Source: an uncultured Alphaproteobacteria bacterium | GTDB taxonomy: Bacteria; Pseudomonadota; Alphaproteobacteria; Rickettsiales; JALZUV01 | Assembly: GCA_963837025.1 (NCBI GenBank) | Contig: CAWILT010000002.1 | Location: 230,554 to 294,553, forward strand | Reading direction: 5' to 3' | DNA: 64,000 bases | In this document: one piece after another, positions 10,258 to 18,583 of the stretch | Numbering within the stretch: the first letter of the stretch is position 1 | Layout: each line of letters begins with the position of its first letter | The notes under the pieces: model-generated | What the model was told of the DNA's origin: nothing | Databases searched by the model: none | Seen by the model: the letters and a program-made list of their open reading frames with translations, nothing else | Program-made: the position numbers and the translations under genes

Positions 10258-11946
10258 ATGTTAAATTCTATCAACACAAATATTGCTGCGTATAGTGCAC
10301 AGCAAAACATCAATAAAGCTAACTCTATGGCGGGTAGCTCTATTGCACGTCTATCGAGTGGTGATCGTATTACGCGTGCTGCGGATGATGTTGCCGGCCT
10401 TTCGGTTGGTACGTCGCTTCGTACACAAGTAACCACGTTACGCCAAGCCTTAGTCAACAGCTCGCAAGGTTCTAGCTTGCTTCAGGTAGCTGATGGCGCA
10501 TTACAACAAGTAACCGACATTCTTCAACGTCAAAAATCAATCGCAACCCAAGCGGGTTCAGGTTCTTTGACAGATGTTGAGCGTGGCTTTCTTAACCAAG
10601 AATTCCAAGCTTTAACGTCTGAGATTGATCGTATTGCGGGTTCAACTAACTTCAACGGTGTATCGTTAATTAACGGTGGTTTAGGTATTTCTACTAACCT
10701 CGTTGATACCGATGCTCAAGTTGCGGGCGTTGACTTTAACGCGGCTGACAACTCAGGTGCCGTTGCGGTAGCAGGCGCAAAAGCCATTCAGGCTTTTAAC
10801 GTTTCTACCGGTGCGGAACTTAATGGTAATGCAGCTCCTGGTGAATTAACCTTCACATTGGCTGATGGTACGACTGAGTTAACTAACCAAGCTTATGGCG
10901 GCGTTAACAGCGCAGTTAATGGCAAGTTCCAAAAATTCGAACTTTCTAATGTAAGCTACGGTGCCGCTAACGTGGGTACTGCAGATTTGACAGCGACCAT
11001 TGGTGGCGTTGAATTTAAAGGTAAAGTAATTGGTGGATCGACCAACGTTTCTTTAAGCAATGGTACTACCAACATGCTTTTAACTTTTACTGCAATTGAT
11101 CTAACCAGCGCCTCTACGACCAACGTTTCTGAAGCGCAGTTAAAAGACGATTTCGTAAACACTGCAGTATATCGTACTGCATCGGTAAACGGCGTTGACT
11201 TTACAGGTACTAAACTTGAAGGTGTTTCTGGTTCTGCTGCTGGTGCAGGTAACTCGGTTGTGCGTTTAGCCGATGCCAACAATGTAAGCATCAGTGACTT
11301 CAAATATGTGAGTAATGCAGGTGCCAATACCAACACATTGACGGTTCAAATCAATGGCTCAACATTTACGGCTTCTGGCGTGAATGATGCGGTTGCGGCG
11401 GCTGACCAGATTTCGTTTGAAAATGGTAAAGGCGAAGCGTTCATGATCGATCTTACGGGATTGACCACGGGCATCACCAATATCCGTACAAGTGATTCTG
11501 ATCGTCAAGGCTTTATGTCAGCTTTAAACACTGGCTTCTCACGTTCAGGTAATGGTTTAAGCTTTGCAATTGGCTCAACAGCATCTGATACCATTAAGGT
11601 TCAGATTAAAGACTCATCTACCAATGCATTATTTGGTGGTCAGGCTTTAGGTGTTGCAACTGCAGCTGCTGCTTCAGAAGCCTCTGCTGCGCTTGATGTT
11701 GCCATTAGATCGGTAACGGCAGCACGTGCTGAAGTAGGTGCATTGCAATCTCGTTTCGATTTTGCAGCAGCTAACACTGAAACCTCAATCCAAAACCAAG
11801 ATGCGGCGCGTGGTGTTCTACTCGACACTGACGTAGCGGCAGAATCTACTTCGTTTGCCTCTGCTCAGGTGCAGTTGCAGGCAGGTATCTCGGTATTAGC
11901 GCAGGCAAATCTGTTACCACAGAACTTGTTGAAACTTATCGGGTAA
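10258..11946 (+). CDS. fliC: flagellin (562 aa, long variable middle)
   Basis: N-terminus MLNSINTNIAAYSAQQNINK...LSSGDRITRAADD. C-terminus ...LQSRFDFAAANTETSIQNQDAARG...LAQANLLPQNLLKLIG. AGGAG Shine-Dalgarno at 10247. Confidence 0.9.
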   Translation: MLNSINTNIAAYSAQQNINKANSMAGSSIARLSSGDRITRAADDVAGLSVGTSLRTQVTTLRQALVNSSQGSSLLQVADGALQQVTDILQRQKSIATQAGSGSLTDVERGFLNQEFQALTSEIDRIAGSTNFNGVSLINGGLGISTNLVDTDAQVAGVDFNAADNSGAVAVAGAKAIQAFNVSTGAELNGNAAPGELTFTLADGTTELTNQAYGGVNSAVNGKFQKFELSNVSYGAANVGTADLTATIGGVEFKGKVIGGSTNVSLSNGTTNMLLTFTAIDLTSASTTNVSEAQLKDDFVNTAVYRTASVNGVDFTGTKLEGVSGSAAGAGNSVVRLADANNVSISDFKYVSNAGANTNTLTVQINGSTFTASGVNDAVAAADQISFENGKGEAFMIDLTGLTTGITNIRTSDSDRQGFMSALNTGFSRSGNGLSFAIGSTASDTIKVQIKDSSTNALFGGQALGVATAAAASEASAALDVAIRSVTAARAEVGALQSRFDFAAANTETSIQNQDAARGVLLDTDVAAESTSFASAQVQLQAGISVLAQANLLPQNLLKLIG

Positions 11947-11957
11947 TTGAACCGAAC

Positions 11958-11983
11958 GGGATGGGAGCTTTAGCTCTCATCCC
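11958..11983 (+). other. intergenic stem-loop after fliC (no U-tract)
   Basis: GGGATGGGAGC-TTTA-GCTCTCATCCC, 11-bp stem with one G-U pair. May be an mRNA stabiliser or partial terminator. Confidence 0.4.
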
Positions 11984-12016
11984 AACGGGTTCGCAAGGAA
12001 ACTAGGGAGTTAAACG

Positions 12017-12394
12017 ATGGAAATTAATGGAGTGAATGCTCAACCATCAAACCCCGTATATAGCGGGGCCAAGAGAGCCGAAGCGATACGCGAAGTATCG
12101 CCCAAGTCGCAAAATACATCAAACACAACCAGCATTGATAAACAAGTTAACGATGTGCAGAATGTAGAAAAACAACGCCTTGATACGGTCGTCAAAGCTG
12201 CTTCAAGTTTTAAAAATGTATATGCTGTAAGCGATACAACTTTTACCATATTCAAAGACAGCACCGGTCAATTTGTAACACGCTTTACCAGTTTAAAAGA
12301 TGGTGCTGTAACCTATGTTCCCGAGCCAGATATTGCTCGTTTTATCGAAAGTAACCGCGCACGCACCGATGCGCTCATCACTATCGAAGCTTAG
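12017..12394 (+). CDS. flaG: FlaG-family flagellar protein
   Basis: C-terminal FTIFKDSTGQFVTRFTSLKDGAVTYVPEPDIARFIE, typical of FlaG. Confidence 0.8.
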   Translation: MEINGVNAQPSNPVYSGAKRAEAIREVSPKSQNTSNTTSIDKQVNDVQNVEKQRLDTVVKAASSFKNVYAVSDTTFTIFKDSTGQFVTRFTSLKDGAVTYVPEPDIARFIESNRARTDALITIEA

Positions 12395-12407
12395 AAAAAC
12401 TGCGAAT

Positions 12408-12423
12408 TGGTATGATTATTGCT
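12408..12423 (+). promoter_or_regulatory. sigma54-type promoter candidate for fliD-fliS
   Basis: TGGTAT-GATTA-TTGCT. The GG and GC dinucleotides have the exact -24/-12 spacing of TGGCAC-N5-TTGCW. Confidence 0.45.
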
Positions 12424-12516
12424 TAAATATAACGAGGTTAAAGAATAACTCTAGTTTAAGCTTAATTTACCACTACGCCCAGCAAACGCTGAACGATTTC
12501 AGCATTAGGAAAAACA

Positions 12517-15084
12517 ATGATAACCAGCATACAATTAGGAAATATCTTTAAGTCCGGCGATCGTACGATTGTTACAGGTGGCGGATCGGGCTTAGATATT
12601 GAATCACTCGTAAATGGTTTATCTGAAGTAAAGCGCCTTCCGGCTGTTCAGTTGGAAGAGCGGCTTGAAGAAAACGCACTGCGCCGATCATCATTTAAAG
12701 AGTTTGGTTCTATCTTGTCACGCTATCAAGATGCCGCGGCTTTATTGCGCAACCCTCCGGGGGTATCCAACGCCAAAGATAATATTTTTGAATATCGTAA
12801 TGCGTCTGTCACGTCCAATAGCGGCATATCAGCATCAACTTATTTAGATGCAATTGCTGCACCGGGTGCTGAGTTAGGCGATTATAATATTAAAGTAAAT
12901 TCGCTTGCCTCATTCAATGTGCAAACCACCGAAACCTTTGCTCTGGCAAATTTAAATACCGATGCGGTAGGCGATGGTTTGCCTTTTAGCGCAGGTACGT
13001 TAGCGCTTGGACCATTCAATAAAGAAATTCAAATTGGTGAAAATGATACCCTCGCGCAAATTGTAACGAAAATTAACTCAGTCTCAAATGAGAGCTTTGT
13101 GCGTGCCTCAACCATTCGAGTGGCCGATGGTCAGTATCGTCTGCAATTTAAAACGACTGAAACTGGCACTGCTTATAATTACAGTTTTGCAGATGCGGGT
13201 GCCGCCAAAGCAACGCTATCAACACCCAACCAAATTTTCCGCTATGATGCCACCGATATTGATGGTGATGGCGATACATCAAACAATCCAGCAAATGGTT
13301 ATAATTTTAATGGGCAAAGCTGGAATGACAGCATTAGTGGAAATAACGCTTCTGAAGGCGGCGGCGGCGCGCAGACATTAATTAATCCAGGCATTAATGG
13401 ATTACCAGCAATTGATTTTTCAACCTCTACCAGCAGTATATTAACCGTTGCCAATAATAATGATCTCAATACGGGCGGCCCTTATGCTCAAAAAACATTC
13501 GCGGTGGCGATTCAAACCGGTAGCGATATTAGCGGCACCCAAACTATTTACGAGCAAGGTGATTCAAATCAGAGCATCGGTATCTTCATTGCGCCCGATC
13601 CCGATAATGGCAATGCGCCAACCCTATTCGGAACGCTTCATAATAGTTCGGCTACCCCCGGAAATGAATGGAAAACCGTGAATATGGGTGTGGTTACTGC
13701 TGACACAAGCTATAATGTAATGTTAGAGCTTGATGCATCGGCTAACCCAGCTGTAAATGATCCCGCCAATACCCTTAAAGGTTATGTAAACGGCACTTTA
13801 AAAGATACTCAAACAGGGGTAACTCAATTAGATTCTAATTCAGGCGCTGCCGCTATTGGCGGATCGAAGGGTGGAGTGGGCTTTCCTGATGAAACGACTT
13901 CGGGCGCCGCCTCGGCCTTTTTCAAGGGTAAAATGGGCGAATTTATAGGCACCAATACAAAATTATCTGATACGCAACGAACCGCCCTCGATTCGTATCT
14001 ATATGATAAATGGCAAAATGCTGCTCCTGCCTCGAATGGATCGGTTCTAAAGGTAGGAATTGCTTTAACAACTCAAGCTAATGATGCGCAAGTAACCATT
14101 GATGGAACCACCATCACACGCTCAACCAATGCAATTGACGATTTAATCAAGGATGTCACCTTCAACATCAAACAAATTACGCCTCCAGGGACTGAAATTA
14201 CCATTGATATTGAGCCAGATACAGATATAGCGCGCGATGCCATTTTAAATTTTGTCGATACCTATAATGAATTGCGCATTTTTTATTCGCGCCAAACAGA
14301 AATAAACGATGAAGGTGTAGCAACCGATAATGCGATTTTGCGCAAAAGCCCAACTTTACGCACGATGATGAATAATGTTTTAAGTGAGCTGACCGCAGTT
14401 GTGGGCGGCCTTAACACCGCGCCCAATAAATTAGCCGATTTGGGTATTACATTGGAAGATTTTCCAGGTGATGACGAAACCCCATTTACACGTAACATTC
14501 TGGTTGTTGATACCGATACGTTAGAAAAAAGCTTAAAAGGTAATTTTGAAGCGGCACGTAAAGTGTTTGAATTTGATTTTGTATCGGACAATGCAAATGT
14601 CCAAATTTTTAAACGTTCAAATTCACTCTCAGCCACCAATTTTACCCTAAATCTTGATGTTACAAATGGCATTTATCAAGCCAATGTAGAAGGCACGATT
14701 GTTGATTTAGATGCGACGGCTATTAGCGGTGGCGGGTTTTTACTGAAAGGTAAAACGGGCACAGCATTGGCTGGTTTGGAAATGATTTACGGTGGCAATG
14801 CAGATTCGACAGCAAATATTAATATCAGCCAAGGCATTGCAGATCGACTCTTTAATGTGATGAAGGTGGGGCTTGATCCTAAAGAAGGTTTTATCAAAAC
14901 AGAACTGGATAGCTTAATTAGCTCCGATGAGCGTATAAACCAAGATATTGCACGCATTGATAGCATTGTTGAGCGTTTTCGTATCCAACAATTACAACGG
15001 TTTGCGGCGCTTGAGCAGCTTATTTCATCAACCAATACCATATTGCAATCGCTCGATGCGCAAGCGAATGCTAACCAAGGATAA
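12517..15084 (+). CDS. fliD: flagellar filament cap protein FliD with inserted LamG/concanavalin-like domain
   Basis: N-terminal MITSIQLGNIF...GLDIESLVNGLSEVKRLP and C-terminal coiled coil ...RIQQLQRFAALEQLISSTNTILQSL are FliD-like. See the finding for the insert. Confidence 0.85.
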   Translation: MITSIQLGNIFKSGDRTIVTGGGSGLDIESLVNGLSEVKRLPAVQLEERLEENALRRSSFKEFGSILSRYQDAAALLRNPPGVSNAKDNIFEYRNASVTSNSGISASTYLDAIAAPGAELGDYNIKVNSLASFNVQTTETFALANLNTDAVGDGLPFSAGTLALGPFNKEIQIGENDTLAQIVTKINSVSNESFVRASTIRVADGQYRLQFKTTETGTAYNYSFADAGAAKATLSTPNQIFRYDATDIDGDGDTSNNPANGYNFNGQSWNDSISGNNASEGGGGAQTLINPGINGLPAIDFSTSTSSILTVANNNDLNTGGPYAQKTFAVAIQTGSDISGTQTIYEQGDSNQSIGIFIAPDPDNGNAPTLFGTLHNSSATPGNEWKTVNMGVVTADTSYNVMLELDASANPAVNDPANTLKGYVNGTLKDTQTGVTQLDSNSGAAAIGGSKGGVGFPDETTSGAASAFFKGKMGEFIGTNTKLSDTQRTALDSYLYDKWQNAAPASNGSVLKVGIALTTQANDAQVTIDGTTITRSTNAIDDLIKDVTFNIKQITPPGTEITIDIEPDTDIARDAILNFVDTYNELRIFYSRQTEINDEGVATDNAILRKSPTLRTMMNNVLSELTAVVGGLNTAPNKLADLGITLEDFPGDDETPFTRNILVVDTDTLEKSLKGNFEAARKVFEFDFVSDNANVQIFKRSNSLSATNFTLNLDVTNGIYQANVEGTIVDLDATAISGGGFLLKGKTGTALAGLEMIYGGNADSTANINISQGIADRLFNVMKVGLDPKEGFIKTELDSLISSDERINQDIARIDSIVERFRIQQLQRFAALEQLISSTNTILQSLDAQANANQG

Positions 15085-15148
15085 GCCAGTAAGGTAACAC
15101 TTTATTAACAAAGTAACGATATACTTAAATTAACGGAAAATCGGAGAT

Positions 15149-15643
15149 ATGACCTTTAACAAAACACAACAATTTCTCGCTTATAATATGGCTACCCTAA
15201 CGGTGCCAAAAACGCGACAAGTGGTGATGTTGTTTGATGGTGCGATACGCTTTATGAGCCAAGCAAAATTGGCGCTAGAAGATAATCGAATCGAAGATAG
15301 ATATAATTTATTGCATAAAACATCGGAAGTGCTAATTGGCCTACAAGGCGCATTAGATTTTGATAATGGGGGCGAAATTGCGCCACTATTATATGATTAT
15401 TATTCATCGTTAGACGCGCGCATTTTATATGTGCAACGCACAAACGATGCTAAAATTTTGAATAGTGTTATTACTGAACTTAAAATTATGCGCGAAGCAT
15501 GGGGTAATATTGATAACCGTTCACAAGCCGGTGAGACTTTGCCGGTTAATGTAAAGCAAGAGCCTAAACTTGAAAAAGAAGTTTTGGAAAAAACGCCATC
15601 GGCTCAAGCTTTCGACACCTCATCGCTTTCAGTATCAGTCTAA
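15149..15643 (+). CDS. fliS: flagellar export chaperone FliS
   Basis: VVMLFDGAIRFMSQAKLALEDNRIEDRYNLLHKTSEVLIGLQGALDFDNGGEIAPLLYDYY. Confidence 0.9.
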   Translation: MTFNKTQQFLAYNMATLTVPKTRQVVMLFDGAIRFMSQAKLALEDNRIEDRYNLLHKTSEVLIGLQGALDFDNGGEIAPLLYDYYSSLDARILYVQRTNDAKILNSVITELKIMREAWGNIDNRSQAGETLPVNVKQEPKLEKEVLEKTPSAQAFDTSSLSVSV

Positions 15644-15663
15644 AATTAACCATAATAGTATAA

Positions 15664-15687
15664 GCCGCTCAAAGAGCGGTTTTTTTA
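15664..15687 (+). terminator. rho-independent terminator after fliS
   Basis: GCCGCTC-AAA-GAGCGGT followed by T7. Confidence 0.75.
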
Positions 15688-15729
15688 TGTTTGGATCTTA
15701 AAACACTTCTGACACATTAAAACCTAAAT

Positions 15730-15745
15730 TGGCACGCTAGTTGCA
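15730..15745 (+). promoter_or_regulatory. sigma54 promoter of fliK-flgD
   Basis: TGGCACGCTAGTTGCA is a perfect match to TGGCAC-N5-TTGCA. It lies about 30 nt upstream of the GTG start, with an AAGGAG Shine-Dalgarno at 15761. Confidence 0.75.
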
Positions 15746-15773
15746 TCTCTTATTCTGACAAAGGAGATACAGC

Positions 15774-17774
15774 GTGCAGATAAACTTACTTTCCCTATTT
15801 TTAGGCGGTGCGCAGGCACCCACACAAGATATCAAAGCCGCTTTTGCCCCGCAAAATGCGCAAGAGGCAGATCTTGCCTACCAAAATTTTGATGCCCTTT
15901 ATTCAAGTGCGGTGGCAGATTTAACACCGCAACAGCTTCAAGAAACGCCGACGCCTAAATTAATGGCCGCTTTTCTACAGCGCTTAACCACTATTAACAC
16001 TGATGCGGTGCAGGGTGATGCAGTAACCACTGAAAATTCAGAGCTATTTTCAGCCCAACAAATTTTAACAAATGCAGACGATCTTGGCATCGACAGTGAG
16101 CAACTTGAAGCGTTTGATATAATGCATCTTCCGCAAGGCGGGTGCTACGAAACAAAGTCTTTTTGTGGGGAAATTCTAGCTGAGTATGAACTGCAAACCA
16201 TTCCTACAAGTGATGTTGGGGTTGTAAATTCTGTTGATGGTAGGGCAGCAACCAATGAATCCCTTAATACTTTGTCTGTAGAAACATTTGAAAAGAGTGA
16301 TTTAGGCGCAGCACTTAAAGTGTTGGTTGAATTATCACAAACGGCTACAGAACAAAATTTAACGCTAGATATTATTGATTCAGCGAGCAATGCGCCTTTA
16401 GTTGAATATAACGGCGAACAGCTTAGCATACCCGATGAAGTACTCGCGTCGCTTTCTAATTTATTTGATGTTCCATTAGAGGTGCTGCGTGAAAATATGC
16501 AAGCATATCAATTGGTGTCTATTGATAATCTTGAATATCAAGCCAAAGCACCGGGTGTGATAGAGTTGATGGCAAGTGTGCTCAATATGCCCGCTGACCA
16601 AGTATGGGAAAAGCTGGATAATATAGCCGATTTGCAATTGGATATGCCTTTAGAGGCGGTGATGGCCGCCCTTGTGCAGCCTGAAAATCCATTGCTTAAA
16701 GGAGCATTAGGGTTAACCAATGCTCAAGCAGGTAAACAAAACACATCTAACAACGCCAACCTACAACAGCTTAACGGAATGGCAACATCGCGCCGCAAAG
16801 CAAGTGGTATTGAGCAGCCTAAATTAAACAACTTAGCGCCTGCTTTGCCGGATAATATGGCCAAGTTTTTGCCACAACGCGTGCAAAGCAACATACCGCT
16901 AGCTCATGGTAATGAAAAACCTATTCCTGCCTTTTTAAATTCAGGTGTTACTCCGCCCGTTGCGGCAGTTGTTAATCGCGAAGTGGGTATAAAATCATTA
17001 AAACAAGATCAAAAATTTGAATTGCCTAAAGCGAGTGCAACGGCACGGTTTGATGCCCGCTCACAGCGCAACCAAGCAGCAGATAATTCGGTAAGTTTTT
17101 CAGCACGGGCGGCTTTGGCACGCCAAGATACACTTCGCAGTGCGGCGCCGCTAAAGCAAGATAATATGGCACCGCTATTGCGCGAATCAATGGAGCGGCC
17201 CTTGGCCAAACAAGCTAGCTTTGAAGCATCATCGTCTTTAGGGCTATCGGCAGGTGATAACCAACGTTTAGATTTTGATTCTAAATTACGCGAAACCCGC
17301 ATACAAAACCGCAATCATTCGCATTTTGGCAATGTGCGTGAACAGGTCGTGGTGCAGGTTAAGCAAGGCATTACGCGCGGTGATTCTAACATCAATATCC
17401 GTTTAAACCCCAGCGAATTAGGACGTGTCGATGTACGTATTGAGGTGCATCATGACGGACGCACTACGCTTGCTATCGTAGCGGAAAATCGTGATACGCT
17501 GGAAATGCTACAGCGTGACAGTCGTAATTTAGAAAAAGCATTCGCAGATTTAGGCATGCAAATGTCCGATAGCGGTATGAGCTTTAATTTAAGCGAACAA
17601 GGTTTTCAAAATCAACAACAAGAAGAGGGCAATAAAGAGCCTCTGATCGCACAAAAATCTGCATTTGAATCAGCTTTAGCAGGTTCAGATGATTACATGG
17701 CCGAAGCGTTGCTCGACGGCTCACCCGTTAATTATTTAGTTGGGGCTGATGACAGCCTTAATATCAAAGTTTAG
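15774..17774 (+). CDS. fliK: flagellar hook-length control protein FliK
   Basis: C-terminal Flg_hook domain: INIRLNPSELGRVDVRIEVHHDGRTTLAIVAENRDTLEMLQRDSRNLEKAFADLG. The Q/P/A-rich N-terminus is unconserved. Confidence 0.8.
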   Translation: MQINLLSLFLGGAQAPTQDIKAAFAPQNAQEADLAYQNFDALYSSAVADLTPQQLQETPTPKLMAAFLQRLTTINTDAVQGDAVTTENSELFSAQQILTNADDLGIDSEQLEAFDIMHLPQGGCYETKSFCGEILAEYELQTIPTSDVGVVNSVDGRAATNESLNTLSVETFEKSDLGAALKVLVELSQTATEQNLTLDIIDSASNAPLVEYNGEQLSIPDEVLASLSNLFDVPLEVLRENMQAYQLVSIDNLEYQAKAPGVIELMASVLNMPADQVWEKLDNIADLQLDMPLEAVMAALVQPENPLLKGALGLTNAQAGKQNTSNNANLQQLNGMATSRRKASGIEQPKLNNLAPALPDNMAKFLPQRVQSNIPLAHGNEKPIPAFLNSGVTPPVAAVVNREVGIKSLKQDQKFELPKASATARFDARSQRNQAADNSVSFSARAALARQDTLRSAAPLKQDNMAPLLRESMERPLAKQASFEASSSLGLSAGDNQRLDFDSKLRETRIQNRNHSHFGNVREQVVVQVKQGITRGDSNINIRLNPSELGRVDVRIEVHHDGRTTLAIVAENRDTLEMLQRDSRNLEKAFADLGMQMSDSGMSFNLSEQGFQNQQQEEGNKEPLIAQKSAFESALAGSDDYMAEALLDGSPVNYLVGADDSLNIKV

Positions 17775-17785
17775 GAGATTTAAAC

Positions 17786-18502
17786 ATGGTCGATATTTCA
17801 ACATTAGGATTTAGTTCAAAAGTAGATCCGTCCACATCGGTACTTCGTCGCGAAGAGAGCGCTCTTTCAAATGCTGAGAAAACGCAAAAAACGCTGGCGA
17901 ATGAGTTTGATGAATTTATGCTTTTGCTTACCACGCAATTGCAAAATCAGGATCCGACTGAGCCGTTAGATACCAACCAATTTACGCAACAACTGGTGCA
18001 ATTTACCGGCGTAGAACAATCGGTTGAGATGAACAAAAATCTCGAAAAACTAATTGCTCTTAATGCAACGCAAAAAACCGATAGCGCGGTTAATTTCATT
18101 GGCAAATATGTGGAAACTTCAGGCAATAGTGGCTTCTTAAATGAAGGTAAAGCCAGCTTCTCATATGATCTGCCTAAAGGGGCAACCACGGCAAGCATAA
18201 CCGTGTTGGATAAAGTGGGTCGCCCAGTTTATACCAAAACGGTTGAAGGCGCTGCAGGCGAATATAACTTCGCATGGGATGGCACCAATAGCTTTGATGG
18301 CACCGATATGCCTGATGGTGAGTATCAATTTGGTGTAACGGTGCGCGATGCGCAAAATAAACCACTGACTGCTAAAACCTACACTGCCGGTATTGTGACC
18401 TCAGTCGCGCTGGATGGAACTGAACCTGTAATGACGCTTAATGGCGTACTGGAAGTGCCTTCAAGCAAGATTTCCTCGGTAGTTGGATTATTCAACAGCT
18501 AA
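17786..18502 (+). CDS. flgD: flagellar hook capping/assembly protein FlgD
   Basis: FDEFMLLLTTQLQNQDPTEPLDTNQFTQQLVQFTGVEQ plus a C-terminal FlgD Ig-like part. Confidence 0.9.
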   Translation: MVDISTLGFSSKVDPSTSVLRREESALSNAEKTQKTLANEFDEFMLLLTTQLQNQDPTEPLDTNQFTQQLVQFTGVEQSVEMNKNLEKLIALNATQKTDSAVNFIGKYVETSGNSGFLNEGKASFSYDLPKGATTASITVLDKVGRPVYTKTVEGAAGEYNFAWDGTNSFDGTDMPDGEYQFGVTVRDAQNKPLTAKTYTAGIVTSVALDGTEPVMTLNGVLEVPSSKISSVVGLFNS

Positions 18503-18504
18503 TT

Positions 18505-18520
18505 TGGCACGATACTTGAA
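18505..18520 (+). promoter_or_regulatory. sigma54-type promoter candidate for flgE
   Basis: TGGCAC-GATAC-TTGAA. The -24 element is perfect; the -12 element is TTGA instead of TTGC. Confidence 0.55.
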
Positions 18521-18583
18521 TAGGTTATTACAAGCAAATACGTTTAACAAATAAAGATTATTGCAGGATATTAGGAGGCAATT

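Noticed and set aside
10956-11336. Long antisense ORFs inside flagellar genes (for example 10956..11336, 14283..14672, 17009..17314, 20587..20943).
   Set aside because: They lie opposite well-supported genes, have no Shine-Dalgarno or recognisable motifs, and show low-complexity composition typical of shadow ORFs.
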